32,000 bases of DNA from Candidatus Scalindua sp. (lineage in GTDB: Bacteria > Planctomycetota > Brocadiia > Brocadiales > Scalinduaceae). The position numbers and the translations under genes were made by a program. The DNA lies in contig JALDRA010000001.1 of the NCBI GenBank assembly GCA_031316235.1, forward strand, positions 1,740,001 to 1,772,000, in the 5' to 3' direction. The notes beneath the pieces are model-generated. The model was not told where the DNA came from. It searched no databases and worked only from the letters and a program-made list of their open reading frames with translations. Each line of letters begins with the position of its first letter. The stretch's first letter is position 1. Positions 7,372 through 16,479 of this stretch are shown piece after piece.

Positions 7372-9387
7372 ATGAAAATAAGTTACCATTGGCTAAAAGA
7401 CTACTGCAACCATACCCTTTCGGTAGACGAATTGTCAGAGGGCCTTACTAATGCAGGGCTGGTAGTTGATACCTCAGCACCCGTAGGCGATGATTTCTGT
7501 TTAGACGTTGAGGTTACTTCCAACAGACCCGATTGTCTGGGCATTATGGGTATTGCAAGAGAGGTCGCAGTGCTTGTTCGCGGCAAACTCCTTATCCCTG
7601 ATGTCGGATACCCTGCAATAGCTGAAAACATAGAGAGTGAAACAAGTGTTGAGAATGAAGAAAAGGAATTGTGCTCTCGATATACTGCACGGATTATTAA
7701 AGGCGTAACCATAGGCCCATCACCTGAGTGGCTTCAGAAACGGTTACAGGTCCTTGGCTTGCGCCCTGTCAACAACGTTGTGGATATTACCAATTATGTT
7801 CTGATGGAGTCTGGTCAGCCGTTGCACGCCTTTGACCTGGACAAATTAGAGGGAAAGAGGATCGTTATCAGGCAGGCCTCTCATGGAGAAACTCTCGAGG
7901 CAATTGATGGTACGAAATGTACCTTTACGTCTGATGTGCTGATAATTGCAGATTCGAAAAAACCGGTTGCCATAGCAGGCATCATGGGAGGGAAAGGAAC
8001 TGAAGTTACGGAAACTACAAAAAATATCTTTCTGGAAAGCGCCTTCTTTGAACCAAGAAATGTGAGACGGTCATCGAGAATCCTGGGAATCAAGTCTGAT
8101 TCTTCATTCCGTTTCGAGCGCCATGTAGACCCTGAATGCGTTGATTGGGCATCCAGGAGGGCGGCAAAGATGATTCTGGAAATAGCCGGAGGCCAGATAC
8201 TGGAAGGAGTGATTGATCTAAACTGCATCCGGCGGAAAAAAACACCTGTTACCCTGAGAACTGCCAAACTCAACAGGCTACTGGGAATTCACCTTGAAAA
8301 AAGCGAGCAGAGAGAAATCCTTGAGCGTTTATGTTTTACCATAATTTCAGAGAAAGAGGACAGCCTTGAGGTCAGTGTCCCAAGCTTCAGGAGTGACGTG
8401 TACCGTGAGATTGATTTGATAGAGGAGATAGCCAGGATTCACGGTTTTGAAGGCATACCTGCAACAAGCAGCATCGGAGTAAAACTAAACCCGGATAACA
8501 AACTCGACAGGGTTGTTGAAAGAGTGAAGGGCGTTCTCTCCGGTATGGGATATGACGAAGTCGTCACTGATTCTATCGTAGACAACATGCAGGATCGCCA
8601 TACCGGTCTCTGGTCTGACAGCAGAAGTATCCGGATCATAAACCCGATCCGGCATGACGAGGATCTGCTCAGGAAGAGTATAATCCCCAACCTTTTAAAG
8701 GTAAAAAAACACAACCAGAATCACGGTACTGAAATAACCCGTATGTACGAATTATCTAAGATATATCTGAGAAAAGATAACGGTGAACTTCCGGATGAAA
8801 AAGAGTGCCTCTGTATCCTCGGCGAGGAAGGATATTTTCCTTTAAAAGGTATGATAGAAACAATACTCCATCGACTCAATATCAACCATGTGCTGGATTC
8901 CCTCCCTGTTCAGTCTGATTTGTTTAATCCTGAAAAATCGGCTCAACTCAAACTGGGAGAAAAGATCTTTGGATATATCGGTGAATTAAACAGAGAGATA
9001 ATTCACCATTATGATTTCAGGAGTACCCCTTGTATTACCGAGTTAGATTTTGAACTGCTTGTAAACATGGCAACTCTCGAAAATTCATACCATAAAGCAC
9101 CCTCCTTTCCAACCATAGCGAGAGACCTGGCCGTTATCGCCGATGAAGTGATAACGTGGGCTGAAATAAAAGGATGTATTCTCTCTTTAAAAATGGATTA
9201 TCTGGAAGGCATTGAATTCTTTGATATGTACAGGGGAAAGCAGATAGGTCCGGGCAAAAAAAGTATTGCCTTCCGGTTGATATTCAGAGCTGATAATAGA
9301 ACTCTCAGGAATGAAGAAGTCGATGTCTGCCAGGAAAAACTCCTCAAGACTCTAGAAAACAGCCTTAATCTGAGGCTCCGTTCCTAG
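7372..9387 (+). CDS. pheT: phenylalanine--tRNA ligase beta subunit (short form, apparently lacking the OB-fold tRNA-binding domain)
   Basis: 671 aa, starting 5 nt after the pheS stop. The N-terminus is MKISYHWLKDY... B3/B4 and B5 regions are present (..GIMGGKGTEV.., ..SFRFERHVDP..), along with the C-terminal FDX-ACB-like end (..ARDLAVIADEVITW..SIAFRLIFRADNRTLRNEEV). Confidence 0.95.
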   Translation: MKISYHWLKDYCNHTLSVDELSEGLTNAGLVVDTSAPVGDDFCLDVEVTSNRPDCLGIMGIAREVAVLVRGKLLIPDVGYPAIAENIESETSVENEEKELCSRYTARIIKGVTIGPSPEWLQKRLQVLGLRPVNNVVDITNYVLMESGQPLHAFDLDKLEGKRIVIRQASHGETLEAIDGTKCTFTSDVLIIADSKKPVAIAGIMGGKGTEVTETTKNIFLESAFFEPRNVRRSSRILGIKSDSSFRFERHVDPECVDWASRRAAKMILEIAGGQILEGVIDLNCIRRKKTPVTLRTAKLNRLLGIHLEKSEQREILERLCFTIISEKEDSLEVSVPSFRSDVYREIDLIEEIARIHGFEGIPATSSIGVKLNPDNKLDRVVERVKGVLSGMGYDEVVTDSIVDNMQDRHTGLWSDSRSIRIINPIRHDEDLLRKSIIPNLLKVKKHNQNHGTEITRMYELSKIYLRKDNGELPDEKECLCILGEEGYFPLKGMIETILHRLNINHVLDSLPVQSDLFNPEKSAQLKLGEKIFGYIGELNREIIHHYDFRSTPCITELDFELLVNMATLENSYHKAPSFPTIARDLAVIADEVITWAEIKGCILSLKMDYLEGIEFFDMYRGKQIGPGKKSIAFRLIFRADNRTLRNEEVDVCQEKLLKTLENSLNLRLRS

Positions 9388-9688
9388 ACCGCGATTCATT
9401 CTCCATTTCTCAGATTGTCGGCATGGCTTCTGACTCTTTCTGAAATAAAGGAGCTGGGGCTGACTGATAGGTTACGCCTGTCAGAAGGAGTAAAACCTGT
9501 TTTTTATGCAACAGAAACTCATAGATATTATCCTTTTTACCTATCCTGTTTACTGGTAGAATAAACTTTTTTGTTTTCAAAACAAAACGAGAGGATTTCT
9601 GCAGACGGGGCTCAACAAGCCAAAAAAATAGAAATCAAACAAAATGTAATTACTACAGTCAAGTGCCGGAAAATAGAGGGAGGCTATT

Positions 9689-10030
9689 ATGAAGAAACAC
9701 GAACAGATCCGTATGAAACTCATTAAGAAACGTGAAGAAATCGAGCGTCGTCTTAACAAGATTGATCAGGATATACTGCATACAGATGGTGCTCCAAACC
9801 CTGACTCCGAAGAACAAGCGGCAGAACGGGCAAATGACGATGTCCTTGACGCGCTGGGCGGAATTGCACGTTCTGAATTGGAGAAAATAAACACAGCCCT
9901 CGCGAGTATCGAGAGAGGTGAATACGGTAACTGCAGGGTATGTAAGAAACCAATACCCATGGAGAGGCTTAAGGCAATACCCTATACAGATCATTGTGTA
10001 GCATGCGCGGACATCGTAACTGATGAATAG
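9689..10030 (+). CDS. DksA/TraR family C4-type zinc-finger protein
   Basis: 113 aa, with the SD GAGGGAGG 6 nt upstream. An N-terminal coiled-coil-like region is followed by C-RV-C-x17-C-VA-C (CRVCKKPIPMERLKAIPYTDHCVACA), the DksA/TraR signature. Confidence 0.85.
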   Translation: MKKHEQIRMKLIKKREEIERRLNKIDQDILHTDGAPNPDSEEQAAERANDDVLDALGGIARSELEKINTALASIERGEYGNCRVCKKPIPMERLKAIPYTDHCVACADIVTDE

Positions 10031-10109
10031 ACACACTATCTCACTGCCCGGAAACCTGAAGCGGTGTTTGTGCGTTGCATGCAAAGTGGCTCCCTGCCGG
10101 TGGATGCAT

Positions 10110-10691
10110 TTACCTCACGCGTTGAATTAAAGCCCTCTCTTCCTCAGGCATAAGAAAACGCCAGCGGGATGAAGGAATATCAAGCTTGACGGTACCTATT
10201 TGAATCCTTTTCAAATCAAGTACCTTTAAAGGGGTAAGATATTGCGGGTCTTGCAGGGCGCCGAAAACACGCCTGATGTGCCGGTTCTTTCCTTCTAGGA
10301 GTGCAACTAACAGCCGGGTTTTCGGTCCTGCATAGCCTGTTATTTCCACATCTTTCACCTTCAATATCCCTACCGATGTCTCCACGCCCTCCCGTATCAG
10401 CCTCAGCTGCTCATTCGTGATTCTCCCCCGAATCCACACCTCATAAATCTTTGAATAGTGCCCCGGAAGTGCCAGGCGATTTACCAGTTCACCTTCTTGA
10501 GTAAAGAGGAGCAATCCTCTGGAATCCCGATCCAGCCGGCCTACAGGCCTCCACTTGTCTTCAAGCACAAAGGGGGGAAGAATGTCATAAACAGTTTTAC
10601 GGCTTTTCTCATCAGAGAGGGTAACTATCACACCTTTCGGTTTGTGAAGCATTATGAATTTCCGAGCTTTTGGTGTGAACCCAAGATTCAT
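10110..10691 (-). CDS. RNA pseudouridine synthase, RsuA/RluB/RluE family (no S4 domain, RluE-like)
   Basis: 193 aa. It has the catalytic-Asp motif GRLDRDSRGLLLFTQEGEL, plus YEVWIRG and the downstream EGKNRHIRRVF motif typical of this family. The short N-terminus (IMLHKPKGVI) leaves no room for an S4 domain. Confidence 0.9.
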   Translation of the reverse strand: MNLGFTPKARKFIMLHKPKGVIVTLSDEKSRKTVYDILPPFVLEDKWRPVGRLDRDSRGLLLFTQEGELVNRLALPGHYSKIYEVWIRGRITNEQLRLIREGVETSVGILKVKDVEITGYAGPKTRLLVALLEGKNRHIRRVFGALQDPQYLTPLKVLDLKRIQIGTVKLDIPSSRWRFLMPEEERALIQRVR

Positions 10692-10900
10692 GGCATTATT
10701 AGGATAGGAGGGGGTCGAAGCAAAGTAACAATAGATTGGTTTAATGCAACTGTTTTTTCTGTAGCATACGTGTTCTCATAATTAAAAGCGAGGAACAAAA
10801 GATATTATCACGTAAACCAGGCGCCGAGATCGCCAGGAAAACGAAATTGCAAAAATAGAACAAAAAAGTAACAGATCTCCCCTTTGTGTGATTACTTTTT

Positions 10901-11302
10901 TTAGAGGCCATTATCCTGGCAGAAAACATCAAGCTCTCCAACCAGTAAACCCGTCTGCTCTATAATAATTCTGTTGCTCTTTTCAGAATCAATCAGGTAT
11001 CTGTAATAAGTGCCGCAGAGATCTTTTGCTTCAAGAGCGGCATCAATGGAAAAGAGAACCACCGATTCATCGGGGATAAAACTTGCGAGCTGCAGAAAAC
11101 TCAACTGCAATGTTCTGAACAGTTTTTCATCTCTTGGCACCGCAGTGCCGACATAAATTAAATCAACTTTTATCGCTTTTTTTATTGTTTCCTTATCGTA
11201 TGGCAATTGAGAAAGAAATCGTCCTTGTATATTTCTGACAGGGTCTTCCTTCAGTATCCTACCATACTCTTTTACAATTTTAATCGCAGTCTCTATATCC
11301 AT
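10901..11302 (-). CDS. hypothetical protein (133 aa)
   Basis: The track ORF starts at TTG 11356. I prefer the internal ATG 11302, preceded by GGGGGAAAG. I recognise no family. It lies between the RlmI-like and RluE-like genes on the same strand. Confidence 0.6.
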   Translation of the reverse strand: MDIETAIKIVKEYGRILKEDPVRNIQGRFLSQLPYDKETIKKAIKVDLIYVGTAVPRDEKLFRTLQLSFLQLASFIPDESVVLFSIDAALEAKDLCGTYYRYLIDSEKSNRIIIEQTGLLVGELDVFCQDNGL

Positions 11303-11460
11303 CTTTCCCCCATAACGTAAAGTGCTTTTTCCCGAACTCCCTCGCGGTTGAACCAAAACTGCCCGGATAGAGTGAAAGCCGATCCGGTAGCCTGAAACGT
11401 ACTCAGGCGCGAGAGTAGTACGGAACTATTACCGCAGCGCAGCAGACGGGAGGATTTGGT

Positions 11461-12657
11461 TCACCCGCGCTCAACTTCCATGGCAACCACGCCGGAACCT
11501 TTCGGCCAGAGAGGATGCACGGGAAAATCTGGTTCAGGGTCAAATACCTTGACAATTGAGCAGGGAATATTTATCGCCTCAGAACCTTTCCTTATCATCT
11601 GTGCAAGTTTGTCTTCCGTTCCCTGCAGGGTATTGTCGGTAACCAGGAGGCGCCCTTTCGGCGATAAAAGCCTCAAACAGGAAGAGACAAGCTTGTGAAG
11701 ATCACTTTTAAGAAAGAAGCGTCCTGTGCCAGCCATAGAGCGGGCTGGCGGATCTAGTATTATCCATTCATACGTTTCAGATCGCTTCGTCAGTTTATCA
11801 AGGTAATGAAACACATTATCTCTGACAAAACGGAATCTCTCGTCTTCGGGATCAAGGTTATTAAGTCGAAAATTTTCCCGGGCCCATTGCTGGCAGCCGG
11901 CCGATGTGTCTACCGAAACAACCAGACGCGCGTTGTTTACTGCAGCCGCAAGACTGAAAGCCCCTGTGTAGGAAAAAAGATTTAAAACACTCTTTCCTTT
12001 TACCTGCCCTGCAAACTCCTTCCTTACCCCCCTCAGATCAAAAAAAAGCCCGGTATCCAGACCTCCCATTGGCTGAACAAAATAGTTTATGCCGTTTTCC
12101 TGAACACAGGTCTTTTCTTCCCCTGGCTTTCCATACAAAGAGTGCTGTGAAATTTTACCTTTAAAAGCACGCCCTTTCCCTCGGACTTTGAGAACGATGT
12201 GATCGGGCCTTAGAAAGGAAAGAGTGTCATCCCGGAGGCAATGAACCAGCGCCTCACTTTCGACCGAGAGGATCAGTGTGCCGCCATACGAATCGAGAGT
12301 AAATCCGGACAGATTATCTCCGGTTCCATTTACAAGGCGAAGGGCCTCTCCCTTCAGGGTTTTCAGAGCAGTCCGTTTATTAACGGCCTTCTCAAACCGG
12401 GATACGACATCAGTAACAGGGTCAGATTCACTGCTCGAAATCAGATGGACAGCGTTATTCTCGATATCTACAAATCCCCAGCTGAGCATCACCCCCTCTC
12501 CATCCTCTATCTTTAACCAGCCCGATTCGGAGTATTGCTCGTGATCAGTCAATCGGTCCAGAACCAGACGGGGCAGCCCCTCTTGAATTCGAAGAGAGAG
12601 AGGCGGTAAGAGACGGAGTGTCTTGAATTGTAATGGAGCAGTTTCGTTTCTTTTCAT
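11461..12657 (-). CDS. rlmI: class I SAM-dependent rRNA methyltransferase, RlmI-like (PUA-type N-terminal region plus MTase)
   Basis: It is collinear by eye with E. coli RlmI. The matching segments are VLNLFSYTGAFSLAAA, LVVSVDTSAGCQQWARENFRLNNL, RFVRDNVFHYL and WIILDPPA. ATG 12657-12655 overlaps the upstream stop TGA 12656-12654 (an ATGA overlap). The track start GTG 12663 is the alternative. Confidence 0.88.
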   Translation of the reverse strand: MKRNETAPLQFKTLRLLPPLSLRIQEGLPRLVLDRLTDHEQYSESGWLKIEDGEGVMLSWGFVDIENNAVHLISSSESDPVTDVVSRFEKAVNKRTALKTLKGEALRLVNGTGDNLSGFTLDSYGGTLILSVESEALVHCLRDDTLSFLRPDHIVLKVRGKGRAFKGKISQHSLYGKPGEEKTCVQENGINYFVQPMGGLDTGLFFDLRGVRKEFAGQVKGKSVLNLFSYTGAFSLAAAVNNARLVVSVDTSAGCQQWARENFRLNNLDPEDERFRFVRDNVFHYLDKLTKRSETYEWIILDPPARSMAGTGRFFLKSDLHKLVSSCLRLLSPKGRLLVTDNTLQGTEDKLAQMIRKGSEAINIPCSIVKVFDPEPDFPVHPLWPKGSGVVAMEVERG

Positions 12658-13409
12658 ACACACACCTTATCAATTGCAGAGCGATACGCACAAAAGTCGC
12701 AATCATCTTTTGCATCAGGCACCTGATCGCCCATAAGGCAGGAGTGAATTTCCCTGATACTATTTTCTACCCAGGAATCATCTCCCTCATAAGGGATTAA
12801 GGTAATATCAAACTCAAGTGTTCCGTTAAACATCTCTCTATCTGTCTGGCCATTGCAATAGACAAAATAGCCAATGTGAGAAACCGGGTATCCGTTCTTC
12901 CTCAAAAGCCACTGATATATCTCCATCTGTCTCCTATAACCTATCTGCCAGCCAAGATTTACATTTGTAATCTTCTCTTTTTTCGCCGTTGACTTATAAT
13001 CGACAACAATATACTCGTCCTGAGAATTGATCCACAAGTCATCAATAGCGCCAAAAATGATAAGGTTTGTGGGTACATGAAGATATTGAATCCCGGTAAA
13101 GTTCTGTCTCCACGTATCAAGATCTTTATGAGCAACCGGCCTTGCATCAACGTTATATTTTTCAAGAAGCGGATGGTTCTGATTGTTATCCCGATAATAG
13201 TCAAATTCCTTTTTCAGCAAGGTATCAACCGCGCTGTTTAAATTGAAAGGAAAGCCGGGTACACGGCCAATCCCAAGCCTGCGGTCGATATAAAAGCATC
13301 GCGGGCATTCCAGAAAGAGATCAATCTTTGAACGGCTCAGCCTGAATGAACGGTTATCTTTCGGGTCAAAAATGTTTCTCCTGCGGTTCGGGGTGTAATA
13401 GTAAGACAT
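12654..13409 (-). CDS. PD-(D/E)XK nuclease superfamily protein, Cas4/AddB-like with Cys pairs
   Basis: 251 aa. It has the nuclease-core motifs GAIDDLW, IVVDYKS (D/E-x-K) and QMEIYQWLL (QxxxY). A CPRC pair lies near the N-terminus and a CDFC pair near the C-terminus, consistent with an Fe-S (or Zn) cluster stapling the termini as in Cas4/AddB. Confidence 0.8.
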   Translation of the reverse strand: MSYYYTPNRRRNIFDPKDNRSFRLSRSKIDLFLECPRCFYIDRRLGIGRVPGFPFNLNSAVDTLLKKEFDYYRDNNQNHPLLEKYNVDARPVAHKDLDTWRQNFTGIQYLHVPTNLIIFGAIDDLWINSQDEYIVVDYKSTAKKEKITNVNLGWQIGYRRQMEIYQWLLRKNGYPVSHIGYFVYCNGQTDREMFNGTLEFDITLIPYEGDDSWVENSIREIHSCLMGDQVPDAKDDCDFCAYRSAIDKVCV

Positions 13410-13702
13410 AATGGAAAATATTTATACTGCGAATCTGATAACCAGACATTACCCAAACCCGGCTGAGCCGGAAAGGAAATTGAGGTTCAAGAATTACGGT
13501 TTACGCTTTTTTTTGATGATTTTATATAGCAGAAAAAAAACAGGAAGTAACTCATCCACTTTCATGAAGGACCCTTTATTTTTTTCACTGCTTTGTTATT
13601 ACACAATTTACCCTTATCAGACCAAAGGCGTAGCGAAGCAGTCTCCCATTCGGTAATTTCCACCCAAAGAAAGCAGGAAATTGCCAACAAGAGACTAAAC
13701 TC

Positions 13703-14083
13703 TCATGCACTCTGTTTTATTTCAATCAGGTTTCCTGAAAAATCCTTAAGAAAGTAAACTGTCTTCTCCTTCTGTTTGCCGATAATAACGTCTACGTCTG
13801 ATCGCTTCGCCTTTTCAGTAATTACGGGGAGATCTTCCACCATAATACCAAAATGAGTAAAATTGGGATGGCCTAGCTGAAAATCAGCAATGAATACCTC
13901 AATCTTCATCCCGGACTTTTCGAACACTAATACCTTGATCTCTTGATAAAGAGAAAACAGCTGCTCTGAAAGTTCTGGCGATAACAGCGTCTCTTTTATC
14001 TTTTCAAGACCCAAAAAATCCTGATAAAACCGAAGAGCCTCTTCCTCACTCCTGTTAATAATGCCTATGTGGTTTAACTGCAT
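13703..14083 (-). CDS. VOC (glyoxalase/bleomycin-resistance/dioxygenase) family protein
   Basis: The N-terminus MQLNHIGIINRSEEEALRFYQDFLGL is a typical VOC beta-alpha-beta-beta-beta start, and a second half-site (FTHFGIMVEDL) follows. The track start at 14110 is a TTG. ATG 14083 gives the canonical N-terminus. Confidence 0.8.
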   Translation of the reverse strand: MQLNHIGIINRSEEEALRFYQDFLGLEKIKETLLSPELSEQLFSLYQEIKVLVFEKSGMKIEVFIADFQLGHPNFTHFGIMVEDLPVITEKAKRSDVDVIIGKQKEKTVYFLKDFSGNLIEIKQSA

Positions 14084-14127
14084 AGCGTATTCTACCTTGT
14101 AACTGTTCAATATGCAAGACTAAGGTA

Positions 14128-14706
14128 CTAACTTTCAGAAAGTGCCTGGTTAATCCCAACCAGCATGTTTTCTCCATACACGTTTTCAATGATCGAGGCA
14201 ATTTCTTTGTCGAGAACCGCTTTTTCTGATCTCCTTTTTTTGTTGCAGATAAACTTGAATGCATCGTCCTGCACAGAGAGAATCATTGGATTTCCACTAC
14301 AGATAGCCAACGGCCAGAGACAACAGGCACCGGGCTTTGCATCATAAAAGGAGATGCCCGTTTCTATCGCATGACTATGCAGTGAACATAAGATTTCTCC
14401 CTTGCGATTACGCCAGGCGAAAAGACACTGATTATCAGTATCAGTGTCCAGAGCAATAAGATTGTCGTCTGTTTCCTCAAAAACATTCCGGTATGAATCC
14501 TTCTCCTTTAAATGGGGAGCGTACCTGGCAGCTCCAGGCATATGCCGAATCACTTTACCAACTTCTCCCCCTTCAAGACAAATTTCATAGTGCGAACAGC
14601 AGCTATATTCCCCTGCACAAATACCGGGATCGCACCTGTGTCTGATTGAAACCAGAGATCTCAAATCTACCTTAATACCATTAATTATGGGAAACAGCTT
14701 GTCCAT
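14128..14706 (-). CDS. Cys-rich protein, DUF3109-like
   Basis: 192 aa. The Cys clusters are C-DPGI-C-AGEYS-CC near the N-terminus, C..C.LHSHA in the middle, and PGACCLWPL. From memory this resembles DUF3109 and related CxxCxxCC metal-binding proteins. It ends 17 nt upstream of the VOC gene, so the two are likely co-transcribed. Confidence 0.72.
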   Translation of the reverse strand: MDKLFPIINGIKVDLRSLVSIRHRCDPGICAGEYSCCSHYEICLEGGEVGKVIRHMPGAARYAPHLKEKDSYRNVFEETDDNLIALDTDTDNQCLFAWRNRKGEILCSLHSHAIETGISFYDAKPGACCLWPLAICSGNPMILSVQDDAFKFICNKKRRSEKAVLDKEIASIIENVYGENMLVGINQALSES

Positions 14707-14898
14707 ACTGACCTATTTAGTGATTGCGCAGGGACCCTGTGGCTGAAGGAAAACTGCCCATCTACCGTGTTGCTGTCGTAATTCCGTAATACTCAAGTAC
14801 TTTTATTATGTTCCGGTTACAAAATCAGCACACCATGAACCCGGGCGGTTTTCGTTCAATCACTCTTTTAAAAAAAACACAATGCCTCCCGGGTCGGC

Positions 14899-15717
14899 TC
14901 AGTAATCGTAAGCAAAACAGGTATTCACGCCAGCAAACTCCGGTGCAATCAGCTGCTGCAGCCTCCTTACCGCCCTCTCTCCTCTATCCCCCATGTGCGC
15001 GGAGAAATCATTTACGTACATCGCTATATGAGACGAGACAACACTCTTTTCCGTTTCCTGGGCATGCTCCCGGATAAAAGCCGTCGACTTTTCAGGATTC
15101 TTCCAGGCAAACTCGACACTCTGGCGAATCAGCTCATCCACCCGCTTCGCCACATCGGAACCTAACTCCCTGCGAACCACAATGCCTCCCAACGGGATCG
15201 GTGCCCCGGTCTTATGCTCCCAATACTCACCCAGGTCACAGATCAGATACAAGCCGTCCGCTTCATAAGTAAATCGATTCTCATGAATCACCAGGCTTTG
15301 CACCCTCTCCCCCTTTAACAGATCTCGATACAATTCATCAAAACAGGCATACTCAACTTCAAAAGTTACCCCTTTACGCTCAGCCCAAAACCGAAGAAGG
15401 GTATTTGCTGTTGTGTTTTTCCCCGGAACACCTACCGGAATATCCGGATCAAGAAGATTTGATTTTGCAGAAAGGAGAAGCGGGCCACACCCATACCCCA
15501 TGGCACCCCCGGAATATAAAAGGCCATATGTATCCTGTACATTCCACAGATTCCCGAAAGAAATTTTTACGACATCAAAATCCCCGGCCTGAGCACCTTC
15601 ATTCAGTCTCTGAACATCGGCAAAAGTTACCTCAAACTCAAATAATCCCGTATCTATCAATCGATGTAACAGGGCATGAAAGATAAACGTATCATTGGGA
15701 CACGGTGAAATACCCAT
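14899..15717 (-). CDS. mqnD: 1,4-dihydroxy-6-naphthoate synthase (futalosine pathway)
   Basis: MGISPCPNDTFIFHALLHRLIDTG... is the MqnA/MqnD-family N-terminus, and the length fits MqnD. It lies directly downstream of mqnB. The start is ATG 15717. The alternative, GTG 15729, overlaps the mqnB stop (GTGA). Confidence 0.9.
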   Translation of the reverse strand: MGISPCPNDTFIFHALLHRLIDTGLFEFEVTFADVQRLNEGAQAGDFDVVKISFGNLWNVQDTYGLLYSGGAMGYGCGPLLLSAKSNLLDPDIPVGVPGKNTTANTLLRFWAERKGVTFEVEYACFDELYRDLLKGERVQSLVIHENRFTYEADGLYLICDLGEYWEHKTGAPIPLGGIVVRRELGSDVAKRVDELIRQSVEFAWKNPEKSTAFIREHAQETEKSVVSSHIAMYVNDFSAHMGDRGERAVRRLQQLIAPEFAGVNTCFAYDY

Positions 15718-15725
15718 TTTCAACT

Positions 15726-16394
15726 TCACAATAAGACTCCAAACAATCTCCTTAATGACTCCAACGCACCGGCAATATCCCAACTCCCCTTATCCCGGCC
15801 GGCAGCAATATTGGATATACTTCGAACTTCCAATACCGGAATCCCAAAGTCTTTCCAGAACTTCAACGCTCCGGCACCTTCCATAGACTCCACTTCAACA
15901 CCATATTTTTGCGCACGAAAAATACCGGTCGCTGACGACCCTGTAGCCATGTTAACGGTCGCACCGGAAACGATGGGAAGGGCCCACAGAGAATCCCCAA
16001 ACAAATCGTCAAAGAGAGCCAGGCACTCACTCTCATAATATTCAATTCCCCCTAGTCCCAGATCTTCCAGACTTAAAAAAGAACCGGAATCTTCTGCCCC
16101 CAAATCCGCCACAACCTCTTTTCCAATAATAACAGGAACACGCAACGTTCTCACCTCTTCCCTTGCAGCCGCATAAGCGCCTGCAATGCCCAGATGCAGC
16201 ACCCTGTCTACAGGGACCCGTAAATGAAACCTCACAAGTGAAGCATAGGTATTTAACGCCCCTATTCCAGTTTCTAAAAAATAAAAACCTCCCTTTTCAA
16301 AGCCGTTGACCGCATGCACAATTTCTGATGGGGTGATAGATGGGAATACTCCCCGAAGCTCACATGAGGATGCAGCACAAATTAACGTTCTCAT
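15726..16394 (-). CDS. mqnB: futalosine hydrolase (nucleosidase fold)
   Basis: 222 aa with a PNP/UDP-type nucleosidase pattern (VLHLGIAGAYAA, VESMEGAGA, VRSISN). Adjacency to mqnD supports MqnB rather than MTA/SAH nucleosidase. Confidence 0.82.
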   Translation of the reverse strand: MRTLICAASSCELRGVFPSITPSEIVHAVNGFEKGGFYFLETGIGALNTYASLVRFHLRVPVDRVLHLGIAGAYAAAREEVRTLRVPVIIGKEVVADLGAEDSGSFLSLEDLGLGGIEYYESECLALFDDLFGDSLWALPIVSGATVNMATGSSATGIFRAQKYGVEVESMEGAGALKFWKDFGIPVLEVRSISNIAAGRDKGSWDIAGALESLRRLFGVLL

Positions 16395-16479
16395 AATGCA
16401 GCACTCAACTCCGGACTAAACCCTCATTGCCTGGAACGCAGAATGGTTTTGCCCCTTAAAGATCAATTGGATTTTTAAT

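Noticed and set aside
7051-8273. Minus-strand ORFs 7051..7389, 7401..7712 and 7881..8273
   Set aside because: They lie antisense within pheS and pheT. They are Ser/Pro/Thr-rich shadow frames with no start-site support.
9456-9490. GGGGCTGACTGATAGGTTACGCC resembles a tmRNA 5' end (GGGGCUGA...GGnUUCGAC)
   Set aside because: I found no matching 3' acceptor/T-arm (..CAGCCCCACCA) within about 400 nt. A tmRNA of normal length would run into the DksA-like CDS.
9659-10084. 141-aa minus-strand ORF covering the DksA/TraR gene
   Set aside because: The plus-strand frame carries a textbook CxxC-x17-CxxC zinc finger and a strong SD. The antisense frame has no recognisable features.
10741-10941. 66-aa minus-strand ORF between the hypothetical gene and the RluE-like gene
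   Set aside because: It overlaps the 3' end of the 10901..11302 gene, has hydrophobic low-complexity composition and no SD. It is likely non-coding leader.
11461-13409. Reading the nuclease plus methyltransferase pair as a restriction-modification system
   Set aside because: The methyltransferase is collinear with RlmI, an rRNA m5C enzyme with a PUA-type N-terminus and a DPPA motif, not DPPY/F. I see no DNA methyltransferase target-recognition features and no specificity subunit.
13411-13656. 81-aa plus-strand ORF in the gap upstream of the nuclease gene
   Set aside because: It has low-complexity, Tyr/Phe/Leu-rich composition driven by AT-rich DNA, no SD and no recognisable motif. This is more likely the promoter and leader region of the minus-strand operon.
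13652-13684. 10-bp stem GGTAATTTCC / GGAAATTGCC (one G:U pair, 14-nt loop) downstream of the VOC gene, as a possible terminator
   Set aside because: No U-tract follows on either strand, so I cannot support an intrinsic terminator call. It remains an unexplained hairpin.
14878-15190. 13-nt direct repeat CACAATGCCTCCC just after the mqnD stop (14878-14890) and inside mqnD (15178-15190)
   Set aside because: By my rough estimate, several exact 13-mers repeated within 32 kb are expected by chance, and the flanks diverge quickly.
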